Part shown: piece after piece, positions 21,803 to 33,102 of the stretch | Layout: each line of letters opens with the position of its first letter | Position numbering within the stretch: position 1 is the stretch's first letter | NCBI GenBank assembly: GCA_013115145.1 | Contig: JAAPAO010000397.1 | Location: 1 to 33,286, forward strand | DNA: 33,286 bases | Direction of reading: 5' to 3' | Origin: Perkinsus chesapeaki ATCC PRA-425 | Taxonomy: Eukaryota; Protista; Perkinsozoa | Made by a program: the position numbers and the translations under genes | Notes under the pieces: model-generated | What the model saw: only the letters and a program-made list of their open reading frames with translations | Told to the model about the DNA's origin: nothing | Database searches by the model: none

Positions 21803-24800
21803 TTATATGTACCAATCGCAAGTTGGTTCTTCGAAGAACCCGCTCTTGACAAGCGCGGACATGGCCTCGTAGATCAGACAGTACTGTCCTGTGGTTTGAA
21901 CCTAAACAAACACACCCTCTAAAAGCCGAATCCATCATCACAGCGGATGCTCCTTGCCATCATCTTTGGCAATACGCTGGCGATGCTAATACTATTATTC
22001 ACCGCTTATTAATCATTGTATATATCTCCTAGTATTTTTTATAAGGGGAAATATGCAAGTAGTTTGATATACTGAATACTTCGGAGTCAATGTAGAAATT
22101 CGCGTCGGCGCGCTGACTTGAAAAACATCGAGGCTCCAGGACAAAGCGTATGAATCTTGAAAGTACTTATGTACCCGAACATGATACTATCAAATATTTA
22201 TAGGGGCTTGTTCACCGTCACTAAACAGACATTATTAAAGTATGGATCAGAGTACGGTAAGCCAGCTCACCAGGAAGGATACGCCCGTGAAATCCTACCA
22301 TTAGCGGCCTGCAATTCCTCATATCCTGCAAAGTGGCTAAAACACTAACATCACTGCTGCCATTGAAGCTGCTGCCTTCTTTTGCTCTCCCCATCTCCGC
22401 CTCTGTTACTAGCCTCTCCAAGGCTATGAGGCAACCAGTCCTTCCAACGCCCGCACTGCAATGTACAACAACTGGAGCGGTAGGTGAGCCACTCTCGCCG
22501 AGTCGATGACGTGCGGCATGGAATACCTAATGATAGCGTCTGAGCCGTCGGAACTCCTTCACACCAACTTATCGACCAAGGTAAAGAGTAAAGATATTAC
22601 CGTCAAGAAAAACGTATGAATATATAACAAATACGATGACTGAAAATTATCATGCCTCTTACGAGCCGCCACGCTTTCAATATTAAATCTATATCCGGTG
22701 CACTTTGGTATACCCCAATTTGAAAGAGATATATTACTACTAATAAATAGCAGTCTTCATAACTGGAATTACAATTGATGATAGCTACTTAATACTATTA
22801 ATTACTCATCAAAGCTTATTACCAATAAAGGCTATAATACTATTAATCATTCATCAAAGCTTATTATCAATAAAGGCTATAATACTATTAATCATTCATC
22901 AAAGCTTATTACCAATAAAGGCTATAATACTATTAATTACTCATCAAAGCCTATTACCAATAGAGGCTATAATACTATTAATTATTCATCAAAGCTTATT
23001 ACCAATAAAGGCTATAATACTATTAATTATTCATCAAAGCTTATTACCAATAAAGGCTATAATACTATTAATACCCTTCTGCATCATTCCCATGCCGTAC
23101 AGTAATATTATAAGGTACTCATATTGCAGCCATTATGTACAATACACAATTTCTCGAACATATCACCATAATTAGAGTAACATCCTCTCTTCCTCCCCAC
23201 TACTTTAAATATTCTAATAAATTGTTCAACCTCAGGCGTGCCATGATCCGGCCATGATAGATACTGATACTGTACAATTTCTCTCCTCGGAAATTCAGGA
23301 CACGCATCCTCGGGGCCAACTTCAAACCTGGAAGTGCCGGCAAAAGCAGCAGCAATTTCGTGGCGCAGTGACGCGTCGAACTTACACTCTCTTGACAAGA
23401 TCAAATTCGAGACCATAGTAATTATCGGCACTAGTGGCGCTGGTCCCTCCGCCATAGTTCTTGTATGACTCTTCAAGCACGAGCTTCACGCGCCACGAAA
23501 TACCGTCGCTTTCCACTATCATACCTGATTGCCACGTTTACACAATAATACTGCTACACGTAATCCAATTGCTTCGACCCATCTTCAACCTTAGATATTT
23601 CCTCTCCACTAGAATGCTAATACGTTCACAGCTATACAAGAAGCAGTGTCATCATCATCATCAGGAATGCTGCCTTACCCTTCTACCCGAGCATTCACGT
23701 TGGCATGCATCCGTGGCATAATACATATCCATATTATATTGTCCGTACGACTGTAAACATGTTACACTACGCCAACTCTTAAGAACATCTTCAACGTTCC
23801 CGATTACTTTAAAATGACCCGAAACTGACCAACTGCGTGATATTCCAGCAAGGTATGTTGAATAACGCGTTCTTTGCATACCGTCACGCGCCCCAATATT
23901 ACTTTCTCCCATCGGAGAAGGCCAGTATTGAGCGCATTTACTCCGTCCAGCTTCCCGCAGTTGACAGAGCACGAAGATCAGCTCGCAACTGAACAAAAGA
24001 ACACCCTGAAACCCGAAACCCGAAAACCCAAGAAGCCATATGAACCTTTATTCCATTGTTAAAAACCCGTTTCGTTTCCCTCGGCATCAAGGGACATTAT
24101 CATGAAGATTTGGTATTTTCCCCACCATATCTTAGTTGTGTGTGCCCGATATTTACCGGACAATCGCCGCGTGATTTTCTTATTTTTTTACTCGACAACG
24201 CTCCAGAAGAATTAAGATCTGAAACCTTCAGCGGTCATATTAGTATAGACGTAACCCTTTACGATCAACACGCTTCAACTAGCACGACAGAGCTATTTGG
24301 AAAACTGCTGAATGTAGGTGGAAAAGTGTAGACGTGCCGCCGCGCAGAGATTCATATATCTCTCTACAATCACCGTCCCTTCCTATAACATAGGCTATAT
24401 TCTACCCCGTCCCTTCCTTCCCTCTACTACCGATTATGTATTATCATCGACCAGAAGTCCAGTATTGTAGTCTCCAAAGGTCCCTGAGCTGCTATGAATC
24501 CAGGTTCTTTTAACGAGTCACTCAAACCACCAGTTACGTATCTACATCACCACTATACCACACTCATTGATGCTGAGGTTATTATTACGAAGCATTGATA
24601 TAACGTTCATCGCTTTTACCCACTCGAGCTCGAGTGTCTTTGAAGGGGATGATATCCCTGAGAGAGCCACTAAATACAGAGTATCAAATACAAACAATTC
24701 TACAGTTACCCCTAGGTAGGATGAGATGTACAATATCTGGAGCATCAATCTGTAATATAATGATATGTTATTAGCTATACTGTAGCCTTGCATATTTTCA

Positions 24801-26040
24801 ACGTCGAATGATTATTATATCTCTGATGTCCTAATAGGTATACAGTGAATAGTGTAAATGCTAATATATCGAATCTCATATAAAGATAATATATATGGCC
24901 GAAAGTGAATGCCAATATCCCTACTAAACACCCCTCGTAGTACACTTTACCTATAGCGATCTTCACCTTCATCCCCGCGTTCACATCTCTCCACCATTTC
25001 CATAGTCTCTGTCATATATCTGTCATAGTCCCTTCCCTCGTACCTCCTCCGCCCCTACCTCAAGATGCGATACTCTAAACTCAAGTCTCTCGTCCGCAAC
25101 TGTTCTTCAAACTAAGGAACAATAACACTCAAACCCTAAAGGCTTCAACACCAACTTCAATCACTTCACTTCCGATCCTCTCCGAAAATCCTCTTTCACA
25201 CGTAGGTTCACAGGCATCGTAATTACTGCAGCGAGCCTCCATAGACTCCATTAAAACAACCCATTTCAACATCTCACTTTACGCCGACTTCTTATTTCCG
25301 AATATACTGTCCCTATAGTTTTCGTGCCCACTACGAGTTAAGAGAGGATCCTTCCTCGCAGAGACTAAGTTGTCGGATTCCCAATATAACCTTTTCCAGT
25401 GGTATTGGCTCTCTCCATTCGTCGGGATTCACTCTAACAACACTGCTCAAGTTACCATTGTTAAACGTTGAAGATGCCATTAAATGCCAGTCTGAAGAAA
25501 AGGAGACCGCAATAAGACAGTGAGCAGCCCTCGTGGTTGTCAGAATCTTTTTTAGAAATGTAGTGCACGCTTCAACCTGAACCAATTTCTGAGATACAGG
25601 ACGGATTGTGACGCCACACCTCTGATACCACCGCAATGAAGGCGAAAACGTGCTCCACAGTTGTGATCTACAAAATGATTTTTGTCACCGAAAATAGGAT
25701 TAGACAACTTCCGTCATATTAGTTTAGCTCAGCACGTTAAGGCGTTCATCTTCTGCACATACGATCCACGTTCGATTCCCACCGAGAGCTTTTCTCTGTA
25801 TTCTATCGCCTTTTTCTCGTAACCTCCAAAAACTCGACCACACCTCAGAACGAGAAACGAGGCCTTTCGGCACTACGTGAGAGAAACGAAACGTGGACAG
25901 TTAACAAGTACACTTCGCCAAATACAGTAGCTTTACAGGCGACTAAATGCCCTCGGTCGATCAGTTCCGTGCTTTGCAGCATTTGAACCTGTAAAACACG
26001 AAGGACAATCCCAACATTGATCTGGTGTATCATCTCAAGC
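21803..26040 (-). CDS. Classical (Cys-based) protein tyrosine phosphatase, multi-exon; exons upstream of about 25100 may belong to this or a separate gene
   Basis: FIAAQGPLETTILDFWSMI, KCAQYWP, QYQYLSWPDHGTP, VVVHCSAGVGRTG (22434-22463) and Q-loop VQTTGQY, all in order with GT-AG junctions. Confidence 0.93.
22792..23072. repeat. 45-bp minisatellite, 6 copies plus a partial, intronic
   Basis: Unit TCATCAAAGCTTATTACCAATAAAGGCTATAATACTATTAAT(C/T)A(T/C), starting at 22806, 22851, 22896, 22941, 22986 and 23031. Confidence 0.97.
25722..25794 (+). pseudogene. Decayed full-length tRNA gene in an intron, antisense to the host gene
   Basis: TAGCTCAGCACGTTAAGGCG (eroded A-box/D-arm) ... GTTCGATT CCCAC CGAGAGC TTTT. 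Near-canonical spacing; the 5' acceptor and 5' T-stem strands are lost. Confidence 0.6.
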
Positions 26041-26072
26041 AAGGAGCAAGCTCAGAAGATCTCAGAAGAGGA

Positions 26073-29000
26073 TCACGCCTTCTTACGTGCTGCGACGTTA
26101 GCCTTCAACAATTGCAGGACTTCCTCTGCTGCCCTTCCACCAGAGTCCATTGCACCTACACAGACTCACTTAGTATACCATATAGAACTGAATCAATATG
26201 ATACTCTTGTACTACACAAATCACTGCGAATTACTCACACAATTCCTGTCTATCGCACAATTGTTGTGCCACGGTATGACAAGCTCTCTTTACTCGTCAT
26301 ATTCTACTTATTACTCACTCTCTTTACTGCCCAATCTCGTCAACTATGAGCCAAATCTATAATTGTTGTGTTACGAATACGATGCCCTTAACGAGATAGT
26401 GCAACGTATCATCTACAGTCAGCAGGCGCACGTGGGAACTGCAGCAGCAGCTCAATAGCTTTGAAACTACCAAGTGTAAACTTTAAGACATAAAGGGGCA
26501 CTTTATGGTCCAGTAGTATTTGAATAAACACAGTATTACACCTACTACTGCACCACCTACAGGTACTAACTGTCAGGTAGTGCCAGCACAAGTGAAGTAC
26601 TAGAGTAAATCTAAAGCAAGCAATAATAATATGGTAAAGCTAATTGGCAGTAATAACTGCACAAAATATATCGACACAGCCTCCTCATCTTTCATCAAAC
26701 CTTACCATGAGCGGTCATGTAGCACTGAGGATGGGCCGCCTCTCCAGCGAAATGAAGACTGCATCCTAAAGCAGATAACACAGACATCCAGCAACGACAA
26801 CATACCTCTACTAACCTGTGGGATATCTGATGGCTTCTGCCAATTTCCTCCGAGTGTCCTCCTGCTCAGTCACCGATGGTGGGCAGTACCCGACTCGGAT
26901 ATGAGGGACTTTACCCCAGTCAAAAACCATACCTGTTTTCAATAAAAATGCACACTACAATCTCACAAGCATAAAACGAATCGAAAATTTTGGACACTTT
27001 CTGCACAGAAGCTACGCTACTTGCCACGGTTTCAAGATAGCGAATGATCGGACTGATGAAACCTTCCGGTCGTGATACACGCAAAAGAAAAGTCTCAATT
27101 TTCCTCCAGATAACAGATATCGGAGACTCAACGAGGCAACTTCAAAGTAATAATTCCGACTCGGTCTCCACTTCGCTGCTCACCTCCTTCGTAAAACTTG
27201 CTCGCTTGGCCGTCAAACACTCGATCAAGTTGCTCCAAGAATGCCTCCAAAAGCTTCTTTGGTGGCATGGACCCACATCGCTCCGCCCAAGAGGCCATCG
27301 TGAACCCTAAACACCGCACATTCATGCCAGACACAATTGGCATCTTCAGCTCACGAGAAAGAACAAATCGGCCATAGTACAGTTTATAGCAATAGCATTT
27401 CGAAGAAGCACCCTTGAATTGAACAACTTGGAATGGTATCATGTAGTAAACAGTGGCATTACGAAAGCTATACTTCCCCATTTTTTCAGTAGTTCTTACA
27501 ACTACTATAAAAAGCCTCCTATGAATGCGTCAACTCCCCCCCAGCTCACCACAAAGCACGTTATCATTGCCGTGGTCAGTCCACACTTCCGGGATAAGAT
27601 TCGGTAGTGCGCAGATCATACCATGCATATCTTCCGGCCAAAACCTCTCACTGAATTTACCATACACCTTCAAAGACGGTGAGCATGTCATCTGATCACC
27701 GACATCCATCACCGATATCCATCACCCCCCTCAATGCCCTACGTCTTGGATTGCGTTATTCTTCCATTGTGGCAGAGTCGGACTTATCTCGATGCTCTCA
27801 GCTGGCCCGTAGCTACCCTGGAGAATCGGCATTGGTACCTTGAAGAAGGCAGTAGTCGTTCAATGCTCCAAATGCCACTAGAGCTCCTCGGACATTTCGC
27901 TCGGAAAGGCTTTCCGTGGAAGCCCAACGATTGCGAACTTTCAAACCTCCCCCGATTCTTCGCGCGAACTTCATCCATCAACGATTACGGTATACCGATC
28001 GGAATTTTTCCCCAACGTTTTCCTTCCTCAAAGCACTACCAGTCTTACACACAGGACGACATGTGCTGTTTTGAAGACTCTTCCATTGGCACATCTAACA
28101 ACTGCCTTTCCGTCATCTCCATACGTTATACTTGCCACACGATGGAGCACCTTGATCTAAACACGCCATTCGAAACTGAGAATCGAAGATAGCAAACTTA
28201 CCTCGCCGGCATCCTTCTCCAACTCACCGACGACCGCATCGCCAAATCCTTGCTCGACTTGGAAGTCATGGTCCCCATCATCCCGGGCATAGAAATGCTC
28301 CTAAATTTCACCCTCACTGGGAATCGAACCCACGACCTACCGCTTCACAGTTGGCGCGCCATCCCAGCACCCTAAATGCCCCACCAGCTGTGTTTGCGTA
28401 GCCCGCCTGCACGAGCCTCTCCGAGCGGTCCGATATGCCTCTCGAGCGCAGGACTGCCTCCATATCCTCGTCATGCTTCACCGGGTACTCCTCGGCCATG
28501 TTCGAGAGAATCTCGTGAGTTTCTCGGAAGTCCGGGGGCAACTAGGCAAGACGAGCCCATGCAAGACACTCAAATAAGCGAAGAGCGTGAAGTGCTAGCA
28601 CTGACTACAGTGTCATCCGGTCGCCCGACAAGGTTGGTAGGGCACAGTACTCGGGGGCCTCTCCGACATACTACTATGATCAATGTTTCATCCAACTGTC
28701 TTGTCCGATCTGCTACCGCAAAGATCCGATAATTTTCGTACAGCCTCCTCCTGTGGTATCACACCTCTACCTCAGGACGATTGCACATTCAAGGAGTCTT
28801 AGATACATTCCACGCCTTCAGATTAAACGATTACTCCAACCTCATACCACTGAAGATCGTCACCGCCAAACTCTAGCCACCAAGGAGGTCCCTCGCCTAC
28901 CTCATCAAACCGATATAAACGACCGTCCACATAATAGTAGCCGGCACCACCGTTCACCATCTCATCATTCGGACCACCGTCACCCTGCGCCCAGGTAAAG

Positions 29001-30633
29001 AGCTAAAAGATCGCCAATTCTTCCTGAGAGGCGATCGGCACGTACCTTCTGCATGCTCCATCCCTGCTCTCGAGCCATCTTATACAGACTTGTCTCATCA
29101 CCATGGATGAACTCCGCACCTGATAATAGAGATATCTTACTAAACAAAACCAATAATATATTCTCAATCTCCGTGTTCTACTCTATAAGACTTTTAAACC
29201 CTAGAGGCCGGGACTTTGTCCCACTATTTCGTACAAATTCGCCACCCGCTATATCCAACCTCCACAGAAAGGCTAAGAGGAATGACATAACAGCTTCGAC
29301 AGAATGTACACAGACATCTCAGCAATTCTCAATATGTGATATTTTCTGGCAAACATGTGTTCGAGGTGCATTTTGGCCAAGGCACCTCAGCCAAAACGAC
29401 ATCACGACCCCTAATTGTCCATATTCATTCAGATCCGATATAACAGTAAGCTTTACTAATTTATAGATTGATCTACGAAACCTACGTGTATCTAGCCATC
29501 CACCTTCCATGAAACAATGCATTTGCGAATACATGCATCGGACATCTCAACCGCGCTAAGTTGTATGTTCCAATTTATGATTAGACTTTCATTAGATGCC
29601 TCACGGAAATGTTCCTCCGGAGTCGAGATGTGAAGTTGTAATGAAAAATATGTCTCTAGAGCACCAAAAACATCGTTTCTGGAAACACCGAGCGTTCCTG
29701 GCAAGGATATCTGCCAGATGTCCTCAGCCATCCCATACAGTACCGTCATCGAACCGTTAGAACAATACGCTCTCTACTGGTGCAGAGTATAATGTTATTC
29801 AGTAAACAACAGCACAAAGATCATCTTTCGCATCTTCGTTCGTCGAGCTCAAAAATTTTCACGAAATTTCGAAACTCCCTTTGTTCCAGTAATCCTCTGT
29901 ACCGACTCACCAACATCAAAATGAGCGTTTCCTTTACCAATGCATCCCTCAGTGTACATCCACCAACCATGAGAGCCTGGTGCCTTCATATCACTCTCGT
30001 GAAGCGTCCTATATCAATTGAAGCAATGTCGATCCATAGAGTGTTTTAACAGTCCCATAAACAGTCGTCAATACGAGGTAACGTTCCCCTGTACAACCAG
30101 ATAAAGGGAGTTAGGCGACGCTATATTCGAGCAATAAACCCTCACGAGTAAGACTAAACCTACTACTCGTGCTTCTGGAATATTGACGTACTTTGTATCA
30201 CCAATCCCCACCACGAGATGTAATCAAAGAGATCTCTCTTCCAACCTTTCCGACTTAGCCCGCTGATTCTCCCACGACAAATTTCAGACCAAACTCGACG
30301 ATTTGACAAGCACGAATGTACGAGTAGAGCGTCATCAACGTAATACATGACCGTCCTATTTCATCAGTCGTCCCTCCCAGAGCCTTCGATGCCGTTGCTA
30401 TGTTCACTCTCGATTGAATCACTCAGAAAGTGAGTCGAATACTCGCCCCTTTTCCTATGCTTCAACCATCTAGCCTTCCCAAACCCTTACTACCTGCATC
30501 TTCCCCCTATATGGTAGCTCGCCTCCAACACTACCGTAGATGCTCCTGCGCTCCGAAGCCTCTTAGCGCAGTTCAATCCAGCCACCCCAGCTCCCACGAT
30601 AACTGCGTCGTAGTCAGATACGTAGTCCGCCAT
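26073..30633 (-). CDS. Flavin-containing amine oxidoreductase (MAO/PAO/LSD1-like fold), multi-exon
   Basis: DAVIVGAGVAGLNCAKRL...VLEASYHIGGR, GAEFIHG, GYANTAGG, KVYGKFSERFWP, FDWGKVPHIRVGY and HFAGEAAHPQCYMTAHG|AMDSGGRAAEEV. Confidence 0.93.
26208..26403. mobile_element. Second copy of the solo-LTR-like element, in an amine oxidase intron
   Basis: Near-identical to 8699-8868 from actcacacaattcc to atagtgca. Left end TGTACTAC with extra sequence; no TSD visible. Confidence 0.7.
28301..28340 (-). pseudogene. 40-nt intron that is almost entirely a tRNA 3' segment, sense to the host gene
   Basis: GT AGGTC GTGGG TTCGATT CCCAG TGAGGGT G AAATTTAG. Splicing gives ...RANCEA|EHFYARDD... in frame. Confidence 0.75.
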
Positions 30634-31068
30634 TCCGAAACAGAGCTACACTTCGGACAAGTTCACTGGCGCTAATCGAAATGGTAATTAAATGATATAA
30701 TGGGGAGTTCAATAAGGTACATGTTTCTGGTAAAGTCGATTATGCAGACCAGAAATTGTTTCCATTCCAGAGTTGATGAGATAGAAAACATTCCCCTAGA
30801 GATTGCAAAACTCCAAAGATTCACATATTCTTCCAGCACCGGAATTAATGCTCGCTTACTCGCCTCGGTGGACCTCCCATGAAATTCTGGTAAGTTTCAC
30901 AGCTCTGAAAAGAGTGCATTTTCCCAACGGTTCGACAAGGAAATCTGAGGGAGGCAGTCGATAAATATCCAAAGGCCTCCGGTTCGGTTCCCCAGAGGAC
31001 TGCAACACAACTCGATAGGGAATGAAATAAGCTTCACTTAAAGGCTTCATCACTTCATGGCATTATCA

Positions 31069-32200
31069 TCATGCAGGCAGACGACCACATAGCTTTTGAA
31101 TGAGCTCCAATAAGGGAGTGCACTCTCTCTTATCGATCAAGTTGAATTCCTATCCAAAGCTACCCATCTACGATGACCATCCTCAAAGCCTACCATGACA
31201 AAAAACATAAAGTGTTTGAAGGCGTTGTTCAGATGTGCTTCTGCGCCCGAGTCCACTATCTGTCTGAAGTGGCTGTGATACACGTGGGCGTACCTGAGCG
31301 AACTACACAGCAAGCAAGAGCTGCAAGTTGCTACACTCGAAAGAGCCTCCTAAAAAGCTTCTTAACTGTTGATAGGAAGTTGGAGGGGAATGGCACACCT
31401 GAGGGAGTCTTACTAAATTTCTTACTAGGTCTACTAAGACCTTCTTCGGTTGGAAAGATACTTTTATCGGCCAGATGGGCGTCAACCCACTTCATCAACA
31501 GTTCAGTGTAACTACTATAACCTTACACAGTGTAGATGTGACTTGCCTACACAGGAGCAGGGCAACGTGTCGGTGTAAGATACTTCGTTTCATCAGCCCA
31601 CGCATACTCATAGTGCTTACCGGCTCGCATCTCAGGACAGGACTCATTAGTGCCTGCTTCAATACTGTAAGAAATCTCGAGGTAGAACAGAGCTCACAGA
31701 AGTCGCTGATCGCTCCGAGCAAGAGGTTAATCTCATTAAAAATATCTAAAGTCTTCACAGCGATCCATTCGTACTCATCAGCACCAGGCGGAACCTTCAC
31801 CGCTGACTCCAGGTCGCCAGCACCAAGCGTTGCGGCGGCTTTGGTGGTGAGGGAGTATCTGAGGTTGATGGTTGAAAGATATCAGTTGAGGTTGAGCTTA
31901 CCTCTTTATAGTGGGATTGGCGATCAATGGCTTGCCTACTGCCATTTAAAAATCTACTATCTGAGAGATGCCTGTAACCACAAGTAAACTTGCGATTCAT
32001 GCGTAAGATTTCCGTTTCCCACGCGCCACGAAATATGCCCTAGTGTACCCGTCGTTCATTTTGGGGAAAGGTTGTTGCTTTTCCGAGTGATAAATACAGA
32101 ATTTTACGACATGCGACACCGCATGGGCTCTAACGTCAGTCTCCATACTGGTTGGTTAGTACGAACGGAGTACCCTTGCTTGCAGTAGCCATGCCATCTG
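31069..32200 (-). CDS. MOB1: MOB kinase activator (MOB1-like), multi-exon (start approximate)
   Basis: ATLGAGDLESAVKVPPGADEYEWIAVKTLDIFNEINLLLGAISDFC, YAHVYHSHF...EAHLNNAFKHF and EFNLIDKRECTPLLELI match MOB1. Confidence 0.92.
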
Positions 32201-32328
32201 AGACTGTGCCCGCCAGGCAAGATGAACATATCGATTAGCATGGCGAGCGCGGTTGACAATGATGATGTTGGAATTCCATGTCTCATGCTTTTGTTATAAG
32301 CTGTTACTGTTAACCTCTAACGTATCCT

Positions 32329-33102
32329 TTGGTTATGCCAAGTCCTAGTCATTATACAGACAATGCCGATGGGGAGCAGGAACATGGTGCATCATCCGAG
32401 TTTAATTTTTTGGACTCGGTACTGCTTACATCGTGCCCGAAGTCTGCTGACGACCAATACGATGAAAAAGCCCTTAGAAAACTAGGGAATCCTCATGATA
32501 TTCTCATGGTTATGTTGGGTTTTGGTCAATTTAGGCCTTATGGACAGGCCAATGGTTTACGTTTGGTTACTCCCGGTGGTAAAGTTGTATATTCGTTTGG
32601 TGCCTTCTGTTCAAAGTGGGATCTGCACTAAGTCACTTCCGAAGACTGGAATGAGGGCCATTGGATAAAAATTATGAACTGCGTCCATATGGCCCGCCTA
32701 TCTAGCCCCCTGACGATGATACTATTGGGTTATTTGGCCCCACAAAGAGTCGGTCTCATCGTCCAAGAAGCTGCACTAGCCAAGGCCAAAAACCTCACGG
32801 CTTGGCGAAATATCCATATACAAAACACCACAGACCCGACGGCCCAGAAACGTATACAAGCTGAGGTTGGTTCTTGGATAAAGGCTTGCAATGATACTCT
32901 CGACAAGCTCCGAACCAAGATCACTTCTGAGTTCCAACCTCAAGATACAAGTGATCTACTACGTCGATGGTGTATATTAACCCCACGTCAGAAACAACCT
33001 TGGTCATCTTTTCTGGCACAAGAACACCTCTTACTTGGCATTTTCGGGCGCGCGCCAATTTTTTTCTTAACGAAGACAATTTTTTTCTTGCATACGACAT
33101 AA
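32329..33102 (+). pseudogene. Two consecutive out-of-frame ORFs, possibly a decayed retroelement or gene remnant
   Basis: ORFs 32329-32631 and 32674-33102 are protein-like but have no recognisable motif. Confidence 0.25.

Noticed and set aside
22792-23072. CRISPR array
   Set aside because: Units are contiguous with no unique spacers; eukaryotic intron; no cas genes.
24056-24331. Intronic ORF with LLDNAP as a pogo/Tigger DDE transposase remnant
   Set aside because: A single short motif lacking the following His and other catalytic context; no TIRs seen.
25710-25718. TCCGTCATA as the 5' half of a split tRNA complementing TGACGGA at 14034-14040
   Set aside because: Only 9 nt match, with no D-arm or anticodon arm following; expected by chance at this window size.
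27734-28192. Long plus-strand ORFs in the track (e.g. 27734-28192, 29053-29466, 31475-31987, 19449-19886)
   Set aside because: Antisense shadows of spliced minus-strand genes or low-complexity sequence; no protein motifs.
28175-28200. TTCGATTC T-loop-like 8-mer in a 26-nt intron
   Set aside because: No G53/T-stem, variable loop or acceptor strand; not counted among the tRNA fragments.
28341-28370. Extension of the tRNA fragment into a His(GTG) anticodon arm and a 70-nt intron
   Set aside because: The 5' anticodon stem does not pair. The GTAGGT donor at 28340 is stronger and retains coding sequence that fits amine oxidase spacing.
32233-32244. U6 snRNA-like GATTAGCATGGC
   Set aside because: No ACAGAGA box upstream and no U6 ISL or 3' sequence.
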